Translations under genes and position numbers: made by a program
Part shown: positions 1-8,442 of the stretch, piece after piece
How positions within the stretch are numbered: the first letter of the stretch is position 1
Layout: the number at the start of each line of letters is the position of its first letter
Notes under the pieces: generated by a model
Database searches by the model: none
Told to the model about the DNA's origin: nothing
What the model saw: the letters and a program-made list of their open reading frames with translations, nothing else
Source: Paramicrosporidium saccamoebae KSL3
Lineage: Eukaryota > Fungi > Cryptomycota
Direction of reading: 5' to 3'
DNA: 21,177 nt
Assembly: GCA_002794465.1 (NCBI GenBank)
Contig: MTSL01000090.1
Span: forward strand, 1-21,177

Positions 1-2
1 GC

Positions 3-1823
3 GATGACGAAAGGAAGAAGCTGTTTAAGCTCGTTACTCGGTTTTATCTTGGTATCGGGGCGCCGAGTTTTACTGAGACTGATCAATTCTGCAACAAAGT
101 CCCCGAAGCTTTTGGTAATCTTGCCGGCCGCCTCCAGGGCGCGAGTATGGGTATTAAGATTCGCACCTTAATGTTTAACAGCGAGTACTTTTCCAAATGG
201 GTGACTTTGTCAGGTTTCAGCACCGATCTTTCGAAATTCCTCACTTGGGCTCTTGTTGGTCAAATTACATCCAAAGAAAGCATGCAGAAAATAGAAACGT
301 TACATACACGCTGTGGAATGTTTGCTAAAGAGCTGATTATGAAATTTCCACTCTATGAGCAGCTTCTTCAGTCACTTGACCCTGCCGACTGCAGGGAAGG
401 TGAAAAAGTGGCAAAACAATTTGTCGTGGGACTAATACCGGAACTCAATGGTAAGTATGCCGAAGTGGCCAATGCTATTCCTGACGATGAATATGTAGTC
501 GATGTAAACAACGCTTTGAGAACTTCAGACTATCTCTGCGCAGCGGATGGCAAATGCAAGGACGTTAATGCCTATGTTGAGAAATTAAAAGCTGACATGC
601 AGACCACGTTTAGAATGACGATTGGTATGAATGAAAAGACATTGAACAAATTGCTGACTAGTTATAGAGTCCCTACTGAAGAACTTGGTGAAGCGAGAGG
701 GTCAATTTATGATGTTTGTACTAATATTCATGGGGGTACCTTGGAGGCTTGCATCCAAGAAATCTTAAACTACAAAACAGCGGGTGATGCGAACAAAAAG
801 CCTGGTAGATCTCCATCTGCGCAACCGCCTGCCACGGGGGCTCCCAACTCCCCTCTTAACGGCGCAAAAGCGTATTGGAACGACAAAATTTCACAGGACT
901 TTAGGGATCTACTTCGTGACAAGCCATTCTGGACCGACGAAGAAGCAGACAAGGCCAAAACTGCCAGTGCGACACCAGACTATGTCAAGTCTGATGGTAC
1001 GTCCACTGGCCTGGGAGAGAATGATAAGGTTGTTCTAACATATTTGCTAAATAACTTACCGGATGATCGCGATCTAAGGAAGGATATTACTGAGGTTGCA
1101 TCCAGAACGTATATCAAGTCGCTGGGAGTAAAAAATGATAATGTGAGTGGACCAGGAATCATCAGTCGGAAACTGTTTGACAAAGTCAAAGGTTTGCAAG
1201 GCTGTCCCATCGAACAAAGAATTCGGATCCTGATACTCAAAAATGTTGACCTGGCCAAAGAAATTATTCCAGGACAAGATGGGATCTCTGTGGAATGTTT
1301 TCTAGCTTGGGTATATGGCTGTACAACAGAAGAAGACGTAGCCCACGTTATGAAACTTTGGAAAGAAGAGAGAGCTAAACAGTTTATCAAGCATTTTCCA
1401 TTTATGTGGTATCTAACTCGCAAGTTTCACCTGCCACAATTGAATCAGAGCAAGAGTATTGTTAAGGGATTCTTTCACAAGCATGATAATAAGTCGTATG
1501 AAAAGGTGATTGAAGCCATTCCTGAGCTTGAGCTTGATCCGATTGTGGAAAAGTTTTATGAGAACATGCCAGAGTGCTGCACAAGGGAAAATGGCTGCGA
1601 GGCTATAGATCAATATTTTAAGAAACTGATAGATCGTATGACCCAAGTGGTCAATATTCGCATCTGTACTTTTATCACGGATGCATTAATGGGCAACATC
1701 TTCATGACTGCGCTTCCTCTGTCACGCACTAAAAGGACCGCCTTATACGCACCAATCTATGCTTCGTGTAAGGCCGACAAGAAAGTTCTCGATGTAATTG
1801 CCAATGCGTTAGCTAGCCCTTAA
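3..1823 (+). CDS. Lineage-specific protein, terminal paralog L (5'-partial, >606 aa); helical and Cys-containing with a central Pro-rich linker; function unknown
   Basis: The frame of the 147..1823 ORF stays open back to position 3 (DDERKKLFKLVTRFYLGIGAPSF...), so the start lies outside the window. It is colinear with 19349..21175(-), roughly two-thirds identical by eye. AATAAA is at 1843-1848. I recognise no domain. Confidence 0.85.
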   Translation, partial: DDERKKLFKLVTRFYLGIGAPSFTETDQFCNKVPEAFGNLAGRLQGASMGIKIRTLMFNSEYFSKWVTLSGFSTDLSKFLTWALVGQITSKESMQKIETLHTRCGMFAKELIMKFPLYEQLLQSLDPADCREGEKVAKQFVVGLIPELNGKYAEVANAIPDDEYVVDVNNALRTSDYLCAADGKCKDVNAYVEKLKADMQTTFRMTIGMNEKTLNKLLTSYRVPTEELGEARGSIYDVCTNIHGGTLEACIQEILNYKTAGDANKKPGRSPSAQPPATGAPNSPLNGAKAYWNDKISQDFRDLLRDKPFWTDEEADKAKTASATPDYVKSDGTSTGLGENDKVVLTYLLNNLPDDRDLRKDITEVASRTYIKSLGVKNDNVSGPGIISRKLFDKVKGLQGCPIEQRIRILILKNVDLAKEIIPGQDGISVECFLAWVYGCTTEEDVAHVMKLWKEERAKQFIKHFPFMWYLTRKFHLPQLNQSKSIVKGFFHKHDNKSYEKVIEAIPELELDPIVEKFYENMPECCTRENGCEAIDQYFKKLIDRMTQVVNIRICTFITDALMGNIFMTALPLSRTKRTALYAPIYASCKADKKVLDVIANALASP

Positions 1824-1883
1824 ACCCCAACGAGGAACACTCAATAAATGTACTGTAAATATGATTAAACATGAAAGTAATGT

Positions 1884-2066
1884 TTATGAAATTTCTACTA
1901 GACTAGAGTGACACTCCAACATGAAGATGGCCTGATTCACATCCCATCCCAGCATCCGAAGAACGGTCTCGCATTGTCCCAGGGGCTCTATCGCCAGTGT
2001 TCAGCGAGCAGGGTGAGGGAATGCAACGGGGATACTAAGGACTCTTGCGGTATCCTCGAACGAGGA
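1884..2066 (-). pseudogene. Decayed fragment of the PWP2 3' end (copy of 19022-19287)
   Basis: Left + strand ttatgaaatttctactagacta...acactccaacatgaagatgg...gaagaacggtctcgca...gcgagca...ttgcggtat...acgagga aligns to the reverse complement of PWP2's last 266 nt. It has deletions of 33, 4, 48 and 1 nt and a 3-nt insertion. Confidence 0.85.
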
Positions 2067-2115
2067 TGGGTGTGTCGTCTGTGCGCCACTCAGTAGAGTG
2101 AAAACGGTTTAAAAA
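2062..2115 (+). pseudogene. Decayed fragment of the LSM3 3' end (copy of ~14619-14564)
   Basis: tgcgccactcagtagagtgaaaacggtttaa (2082-2112) matches the LSM3 sense strand tgcgccccccagtagagtgaaaaaggttcaa. It directly abuts the PWP2 remnant. Confidence 0.75.
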
Positions 2116-2180
2116 GCACTATTGATACACCATTGATGTACTAGTGAAGCATGGCAGTGAATATATGATAGGTGGTGCAT

Positions 2181-2231
2181 TTGTCACATAATGGGTATTG
2201 TCGCGTAATGGAGATTGTCGCGTAGTGGGGA
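2181..2231 (+). repeat. 17-bp tandem repeat x3, consensus TTGTCGCGTAGTGGGGA
   Basis: Units are ttgtcacataatgggta, ttgtcgcgtaatggaga and ttgtcgcgtagtgggga. An inverted counterpart lies at 14444-14494. Confidence 0.8.
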
Positions 2232-2458
2232 TAATACCACGGACGGGAAGGGGGGTTGTCCACTGCTAATCCTAGAATATTATGGATACACATCTCGCTG
2301 TCCCCAAATACCCAGCAAAGAGAACCACTCTAGCACTCAAATACCCAACTAATCAACCCTCCGCCTCTACGTCACGCACTAAAGGGTTCCTGTATGCAGG
2401 CTGTAGCAACACCAAGAAACATGCAATGTATAATGTGAGGTTTTATAATGCCAATTTG

Positions 2459-4042
2459 TCAACTCGTGATGAGTGTAATGTTCTTCCCCGACCTAAGGCG
2501 ATTCTGACAAAAGTCTGTAATGATTGCGTTTGCAGCTTTAAGGATGGCGGCTGGCGACTGCTTCGCGGTCCCCAAAGAGACGGAATGCCGCAACGTTATC
2601 CCAAACGAAAAGAGCAAGTATGCCCGAAATACTGCCGGATTTGACTTGGAAGCGAGGAGGCTAGGCGCCTTGACAACCTCGCTGGAATCACAAGGAGGGG
2701 TGCGCGTTTGAACCATGGCAAACAGCTGCACAATTGCCAAAACATCCGAGTTTGCATTTTCTGGAACCTCAATTTCACCATTTGCTGCAAACGTCAACAG
2801 TTGTGTCACTGCCAAGGCACAGTGATCGCATCCCCAAATTAAAGAGCCAATCTTCTCAGTCGATAGAACCAATCCATTTTCAGTGGGATCTGTGAGGAGT
2901 AGATGCACAAGACGATACGAATTCTCCTCCAAACTGCGCTTCAAGGCGTACATTCTAATTGCCTCTGAGCTGGCTCCTTCAGCAAGGCCATTCTCTTCAC
3001 AGAGCAAATCTTCCGCCACATCGTTGATTAACGAGACTACCCTGGATCTCCTCTGAGCAAAGTCTGCAGCAGCATCAAAGAGATATGGCCCAAAGTTGGT
3101 CATTGTTAGATAGAAATCCAAGATGGTAAATGCCTCTTTCGGAGATTGTAGAAGTTTTAGACCTAAAATTGGGTTTGACTCGAGATTCGGGCTTGTGGTA
3201 TTGAGAAGAGATCGGTTTAAGAACATCATGGCGACTGCTCCGCTCATATTTGGAGGTAGTGTGCCCCCGAAATTGACGAGGAAATCTGCAGCATCCTCTA
3301 CAAGAACACGATAGAAGCGCGCAAACGGTCCCGAGTTTCTCCAGTCGCCCTTGTCGCAGCTAAACTGCAGCTGCAATACGGCAATAATCAGTGCATCCAT
3401 AAACGTCCCATCCTCTTCTCCACGTTCAAGATACTCTACCAGCAAGGCCGACAGCAGACGCTCCTGGCCGAGAAAGACAACAATCGACATTATCCAGTCT
3501 TTGAGAACGGCCGATTGAATAACTGATGAAAATTGGCCTACAAGACGACTCTGAAGATTCATCGAGAGTGAAACAAATTGGTTTCCAGAAATCTGAATTT
3601 GGCGCACCAACAATTGCCCCACGGAACTAGACATGATCCTCATGACCATATTTAGCACGCTTTGATCTGTTCCAGTTGCGTTTAACAAAATCTCAAAATC
3701 GTCAACCGTAAACTCGGCCCCGCCAGCAAGATGTCTTTCCACCACAGAAAAGCACACCCAGCGTTTAGCCGACTTGAGAACCATATCATCATTATCATCC
3801 AACAACAAAAATGTCTCGGCCAAAGTCTGGAGAGTTTCGGGCTGTTCTCCTGCAAACACATCATGAAAAGGCTCAAGTTGTGACAAACACCGAACGCTTG
3901 GAGCTTCCTTACACTGTTCATAAACCTTGTTAAACTCTTCTATCACTCCAACAGGGTGGACACTACAATTAACTGCGCTGGGGATGACAGTTCCACAGAG
4001 CTGGGTTACAATCAAGAAACGTATAATGCTCTGGATTATCAT
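2459..4042 (-). CDS. Predicted secreted protein, unknown family A, copy 1 (527 aa, most divergent copy)
   Basis: Long ORF with a hydrophobic N-terminus (MIIQSIIRFLIVTQLCGTVIPSA). It shares the motifs GDWRNSGPFARFYRVLV, LDFYLTMTNF, NSYRLV, TQLL..A...EIEV and RAYLLFSFGITLRHS with the next two ORFs. Confidence 0.85.
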   Translation of the reverse strand: MIIQSIIRFLIVTQLCGTVIPSAVNCSVHPVGVIEEFNKVYEQCKEAPSVRCLSQLEPFHDVFAGEQPETLQTLAETFLLLDDNDDMVLKSAKRWVCFSVVERHLAGGAEFTVDDFEILLNATGTDQSVLNMVMRIMSSSVGQLLVRQIQISGNQFVSLSMNLQSRLVGQFSSVIQSAVLKDWIMSIVVFLGQERLLSALLVEYLERGEEDGTFMDALIIAVLQLQFSCDKGDWRNSGPFARFYRVLVEDAADFLVNFGGTLPPNMSGAVAMMFLNRSLLNTTSPNLESNPILGLKLLQSPKEAFTILDFYLTMTNFGPYLFDAAADFAQRRSRVVSLINDVAEDLLCEENGLAEGASSEAIRMYALKRSLEENSYRLVHLLLTDPTENGLVLSTEKIGSLIWGCDHCALAVTQLLTFAANGEIEVPENANSDVLAIVQLFAMVQTRTPPCDSSEVVKAPSLLASKSNPAVFRAYLLFSFGITLRHSVSLGTAKQSPAAILKAANAIITDFCQNRLRSGKNITLITS

Positions 4043-4390
4043 GTGGACGATTAAAAATTATAGCCCTGGCCAACTGGTAAACACTAGGACGACCAGATCT
4101 GTCTTGTAGTTAGGTCGGGTGCGGGTGCAGGTATTAGTGTAAATGTTAGCTTGAGTGTGGGTGCAAAAGACTTGCTCGGGTTATATGAGTCTGATAGCTG
4201 AACTAGGGTTGTAATACTTTAAATGTTTACACTCTTAGTCTGTGGTCTCTTCCACTACGCGGCGTGACCACGTGCTTTGTTTATTACCAGCCGGTATGGA
4301 CTCGCCGGCATAGTGCCAGCCTTGTCGTTTCTCACCTCTGACCCTTATTTTTACATTTGATTGCTTTATTTCAATGTTTACCGGCAGTCA

Positions 4391-5920
4391 TCACGGGCTA
4401 CGGACATGGATAAATGCGGGGGCACTTTGATGGTGGATTGCGCAATATCTTGTCAACATGACATTTAGTGCTCCAGCATACTCGCTCGGATGGAGGGGGT
4501 CACTCGTGCTCTGCATCACAGAATAACGCAATGGAATTTTGAACCGAAAAAGCAGATAAGCTCTCAAAATAAATGCCCAATTTCGCTCGTCTGATACAAA
4601 GAGCTGTGGCATGTGGATTTCGCAAACATCTCCGGTGCCACAGGGATCAAGAGGCACAGACAGCACGAGCTGATTGTACAGTCGAATGAGATCCTTCTCA
4701 AGGCCACTAAAGCATTCTGTTATTGGAATTTCGTTTCGTTCAGCGTGATACAACAGCTGTATGAATGCCAGTGGCAATGTCGTAACCGCTGAAGCGAGGT
4801 TTCTCACTGTGAGTGCAGTAATGGCAAATTCACCAAAATTTAAATAAAACTCTAGCAATCGGTAGGCGTTTGCGCAGAGCATCACGCCTATAGCATTCAT
4901 AAATCTAATCATGTCATCCAACTCCTCTTCACTGTCATCAGGGTATTTGCTACACGCCCCTGAATCTGGCGCCTTGTGGCGATAGAATAATCGGTGAGAA
5001 TTACCCGCCATATCTGTCAGATAGTCTATTATGCTTAACAATGCGACGCTTCTGTTCCAAAAATCTGCCTTGGAAGCAAATCTTGATTCCTTGAAATCGG
5101 TCAGTGCAAAATAAAAATCAATAGTCTTGAAGCCACTAGAAGCATCCTCCCGGCAATCAAGAGTACATGCTCCACTAAATTCGATTTTCGGGCTCACGCA
5201 GGCCAACAGGCTGACATTGCTCATGAGAACCCAAGCATCGTCCTTTGGACGCTTAAGGGGAACAACAAACTCTGGCATGACTTGTACAACGACCCGAAAG
5301 AAACGTTGCAGGGCTCCGCCAGCGTTCCACTCTCCAAAGTCAGGCACATATGGGAGCTTATAAATGCAATGGAGCACGCGACTCATAAACTTGATCCTAT
5401 CAGCAGGCGGCATAGGTACGGCTTTGTAGGCCCTTAGTAAGATTTTGAAAGTGGCAGCATCCGTTTTACTGTGCACATTCAATAATAGTGCACGTTGAAT
5501 AGTGCGCCGCGGCAAGAATGTGGCCATTTCTTCAACACATACGAGTCGGCAAGATGCCGGTAGTTTCATAATATCATCGGCTTGAGGGAAAGGCCCCTTT
5601 GACAGGACGTCTGCCACAAATACTCTGTCTGCCAGCATCTCCTCAAGCAACTCAATAGCATCAGGGTGATTTTGATGGGCGGCTTGCTTTACAAGTTGGG
5701 AAAAGTCATTAGCCGTGACTCCGTAGGAGATGAATTGACTATTAAAAATCGATGGACTAACCTCCAATATTACCAGCGATGCAAACTTTTCTTCGAGCTC
5801 CTGGTCTTTTCGAAAAGTCGATTCAAAGGCCTCTCCGGTTGGATCTTGGCCTGGTGACAATCTTGAGCCGGTGGCCATACACAGGACCACTAGAAGCCAT
5901 GCACAAGTACTTTTGACCAT
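4391..5920 (-). CDS. Predicted secreted protein, unknown family A, copy 2 (509 aa)
   Basis: ATG at 5920 in a CAGGGT-ATG context (the track start at 5938 is TTG), with signal-like MVKSTCAWLLVVLCMATGS. Motifs are GEWNAGGALQRFFRVVVQ, IDFYFALTDF, RAYLLFRFKIPLRYS and EYAGALNVMLTRYCAIHHQS. AATAAA on the minus strand is at 4365-4370. Confidence 0.88.
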   Translation of the reverse strand: MVKSTCAWLLVVLCMATGSRLSPGQDPTGEAFESTFRKDQELEEKFASLVILEVSPSIFNSQFISYGVTANDFSQLVKQAAHQNHPDAIELLEEMLADRVFVADVLSKGPFPQADDIMKLPASCRLVCVEEMATFLPRRTIQRALLLNVHSKTDAATFKILLRAYKAVPMPPADRIKFMSRVLHCIYKLPYVPDFGEWNAGGALQRFFRVVVQVMPEFVVPLKRPKDDAWVLMSNVSLLACVSPKIEFSGACTLDCREDASSGFKTIDFYFALTDFKESRFASKADFWNRSVALLSIIDYLTDMAGNSHRLFYRHKAPDSGACSKYPDDSEEELDDMIRFMNAIGVMLCANAYRLLEFYLNFGEFAITALTVRNLASAVTTLPLAFIQLLYHAERNEIPITECFSGLEKDLIRLYNQLVLSVPLDPCGTGDVCEIHMPQLFVSDERNWAFILRAYLLFRFKIPLRYSVMQSTSDPLHPSEYAGALNVMLTRYCAIHHQSAPAFIHVRSP

Positions 5921-6368
5921 ACCCTGACGCGGGGCCAAACTTTTCAGCAGGGGCTTTATATATGGGTGGGTACAAAAAGTCTGGTTATTTGGCTTCTGAG
6001 CATGGTACTTTATAATTTTTGAGGATCCATTATGCGATAACCCCGTCAGGATAATTAACGATTGCCATGGCCAAGATCCGCGTCTCTCTCAGCGATCTGT
6101 TGCATGATGTGAGTATTACCACAGCGCAAATATAGATGGGCGACAAGGAACTAACAGTTGGTGTGGACTCGCTGGCACAGTTCCCAAACAGTAGGGAGTC
6201 AGTATTACTTGCCTCTGACTCTCCTTTCCATATTTGAGCAAGTACTCAGCATCCAGCACTCGGCTAAACACTTCATCGCTTTACAGATCCGTTGGCACTC
6301 TCTCTTATAATGGATCCTTTATTCCTGATCCCCTGTTATTCTACTCTACTCTATACTCTCTCTCTCTC

Positions 6369-7976
6369 CTAAAGTAGTTCCTCCGTTTTGGTAATGGGCT
6401 CTTCCGCAATAGACTCTTCATCTTTTGGGCTAATGCGTGCATGTGTGAATGCGGGACGGCTTTGATGGTGAATCGCACAATATCTTTCGAGCATAGCGTC
6501 AATTGCGCCAGCATATTCTGTTGGATCAAGTGGGTCGCTGTAATAAATTAACTTTGTATGCCGCAGCGGAATATCAAACCAAAAGAGAAGATATGCCCTG
6601 ATAAGAATGTCTGAAATCGATTTGCTCGGCGAAAAGAATTCGGGTAGTTGAATCTTACGAGCGGCTCCCGCGCTGCAAGGATCGCGACGGCCTGACGATA
6701 TTAGCTGGTTGTATAGTTGAATCAGCTGCCTGGCATGCTTACCACAATTCCCTGGTATCTCTATGACGCTCCTCTCAGCGTGATACAGCAGTTGAGTGAG
6801 TACCAACGGTAACGCATCGGTTCCAGCTACCAATTTGACAATCTTGTCGCTGCTCAAAGAAATTCCACTTTCATTGCAGTAGAATTCCAGGGCACTGTAA
6901 GCTTCCACGCCGAGCAACCATCCGAGCACATCCATGGAGCGCTTCTCTGCTTCCAGAGCGGTCATCTGGTCACTAAAATATTCTCCGTTTGGCATTTCCC
7001 AAGATTTTGTAACACTGTCAGATAATCCGTTCATCAATCCCAACAGGGCATTCCTTCTTTGCCAATAGTCTTCCGGTGTAAAGTTTGCTTGTTTAAAATC
7101 CGTCACGGCGATATAGAAATCGATAGCCATGAAGCCTTCATGAACGTCCCCGCCGTACAGCTTAGTACAGTTTTCAGAAAACATAAGAGCGGGACTCATG
7201 CACGACAGTAGTCCATGATTATTGATGATAAAGGATGCTTCGGAATCTGCTTCAGTATCACACGGAATGAGATCTGGAATCAGTTGCACAACGGTCCTAA
7301 AGAAGCGCTGGAATGGCCCACCCTCGTTCCAATCTCCATAATCCGGAGTGTATGGGAGCAAGTCTATTTTCGCCAAAATTTCATCCACGAATCTGATTCT
7401 TCTGGAGAAATCCATGGGGATAGTCGTGTGCGTTGCTAATAAGACTTTGAAAATATCAACGTTTGTTTGCCTGCCCACAGTGGTCACGAGCGCATACTCG
7501 ATCGCCTGGCAAGACATAAATGGAGCAAGTTTTTTAAAAAATAAAAGTCGGTACGGTGCACGCAGTTGCATAATCTCCTCTACTTGTGGGAATGGGCCTT
7601 GCGACAAGATATTTGTCACAATCGTCTCATCCTCCAAGATGTCTTCAAAAGCTTGGAGATAGACACGAGCATGGTCTCTGTTACCGTTGTAAGCGAGGTG
7701 ATTCACAATGTGAACAAAGTCCATGGCAATAAAGTTGCAAAAGTTTACAGGAGTGCTTTCGCGGCCAGTCTGGTCATAGCAGGTCCAGCGGTGGAGCGCT
7801 GCTGCTAAGCCTCCAGTCTCGCTGTCCCAGCCGGAAGGACTAGACGGACTCTGAACTGGAAAATAATCTAAAAGGTCGGTACTGATCGTCTCTTGCCCAC
7901 CCAGCTGCCCCTTGCCGGAGGCGGCTGTCGCCACACCTAATAACACGAAAAGCCACAAATATTTCATCCGCCACAT
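6369..7976 (-). CDS. Predicted secreted protein, unknown family A, copy 3 (535 aa; alternative ATG at 7967)
   Basis: ATG at 7976 has the same CAGGGT-ATG context as copy 2, with signal-like MWRMKYLWLFVLLGVATAASG. Motifs are GDWNEGGPFQRFFRTVVQ, IDFYIAVTDF, RAYLLFWFDIPLRHT and EYAGAIDAMLERYCAIHHQS. AATAAA on the minus strand is at 6318-6323. Confidence 0.88.
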   Translation of the reverse strand: MWRMKYLWLFVLLGVATAASGKGQLGGQETISTDLLDYFPVQSPSSPSGWDSETGGLAAALHRWTCYDQTGRESTPVNFCNFIAMDFVHIVNHLAYNGNRDHARVYLQAFEDILEDETIVTNILSQGPFPQVEEIMQLRAPYRLLFFKKLAPFMSCQAIEYALVTTVGRQTNVDIFKVLLATHTTIPMDFSRRIRFVDEILAKIDLLPYTPDYGDWNEGGPFQRFFRTVVQLIPDLIPCDTEADSEASFIINNHGLLSCMSPALMFSENCTKLYGGDVHEGFMAIDFYIAVTDFKQANFTPEDYWQRRNALLGLMNGLSDSVTKSWEMPNGEYFSDQMTALEAEKRSMDVLGWLLGVEAYSALEFYCNESGISLSSDKIVKLVAGTDALPLVLTQLLYHAERSVIEIPGNCGKHARQLIQLYNQLISSGRRDPCSAGAARKIQLPEFFSPSKSISDILIRAYLLFWFDIPLRHTKLIYYSDPLDPTEYAGAIDAMLERYCAIHHQSRPAFTHARISPKDEESIAEEPITKTEELL

Positions 7977-8009
7977 ACCCTGGTTGCCGGGGACTCCGGC
8001 TGATACGCG

Positions 8010-8117
8010 GCGAGTCTGTAAAGTAGTCAATACGTAGCGAGTCTGTAAAATGGTCAATACGTGGCGGGTCTGTAAAATAGTCAATGCGTAGCGAGTCTAT
8101 AAAGTAGTGAAATGGTA
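8010..8117 (+). repeat. 27-bp tandem repeat x4, consensus GCGAGTCTGTAAARTAGTCAATACGTA, just upstream of family A copy 3
   Basis: Units start at 8010, 8037, 8064 and 8091. The repeat explains the TILQTRxVL extension in the ORF track. Confidence 0.9.
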
Positions 8118-8222
8118 ATTCTATCTCTAGCATGATCGGATGATTGACAATACTTAATGAAACCATTTCTTGTTTGGAGTGTTTGTTAGCGAGTTCCTGT
8201 GCGTAGTGGGAAAGATGATCTG
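8064..8222 (-). promoter_or_regulatory. Upstream module shared with 9712-9878 (candidate promoter)
   Basis: Colinear blocks aaatggtaat, ctat.tctagca, cttaatga.acca, tagcgag and gcgtagtggg..a.gatgatctg occur in both regions. The regulatory role is inferred from position only. Confidence 0.55.
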
Positions 8223-8442
8223 CGTCGCGCAGCGGGGAAAGTACCACGTCGCAGGCGTAAAGAGACGGGATGAGGATTCGTCCACTGATAATCCTGGAAT
8301 CGTAAGAATACGGGTTTCACTGTCCTTAAATACCCAGCCAACCAATACTCTACATCGCACTTATATCACAATTGTATCACGCTTGTATCACATGGACTAT
8401 TGAGGGTTGTTAGAGCAGAGGAAGATTTATTCCCTAAGTGAA

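Larger units (their letters stand above)
1..2375. repeat. Left arm of a large imperfect inverted duplication; counterpart is 21177->19020 joined to 14619->14275
   Basis: Positions 1-52 are the exact reverse complement of 21126-21177, and 1-119 have 2 mismatches. Homology runs through the whole CDS, the 3' flank, the PWP2 3' end, the LSM3 3' end and the 17-mer region. Confidence 0.9.

Noticed and set aside
4-171. ATG at 4 giving a signal-like peptide MTKGRSCLSSLLGFILVSG
   Set aside because: It is out of frame with the long ORF and stops early. The only difference between arms in 1-105 (position 53) is silent in frame 3, which supports the 5'-partial model.
2282-2644. 120-aa ORF resembling the 66-aa ORF at 14260-14460
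   Set aside because: The similarity reflects duplicated non-coding DNA with indels, and the ORF overlaps family A copy 1 antisense.
7977-8084. 36-aa N-terminal extension of family A copy 3
   Set aside because: It has a TTG start, is made of the 27-bp repeat, and would bury the signal peptide.
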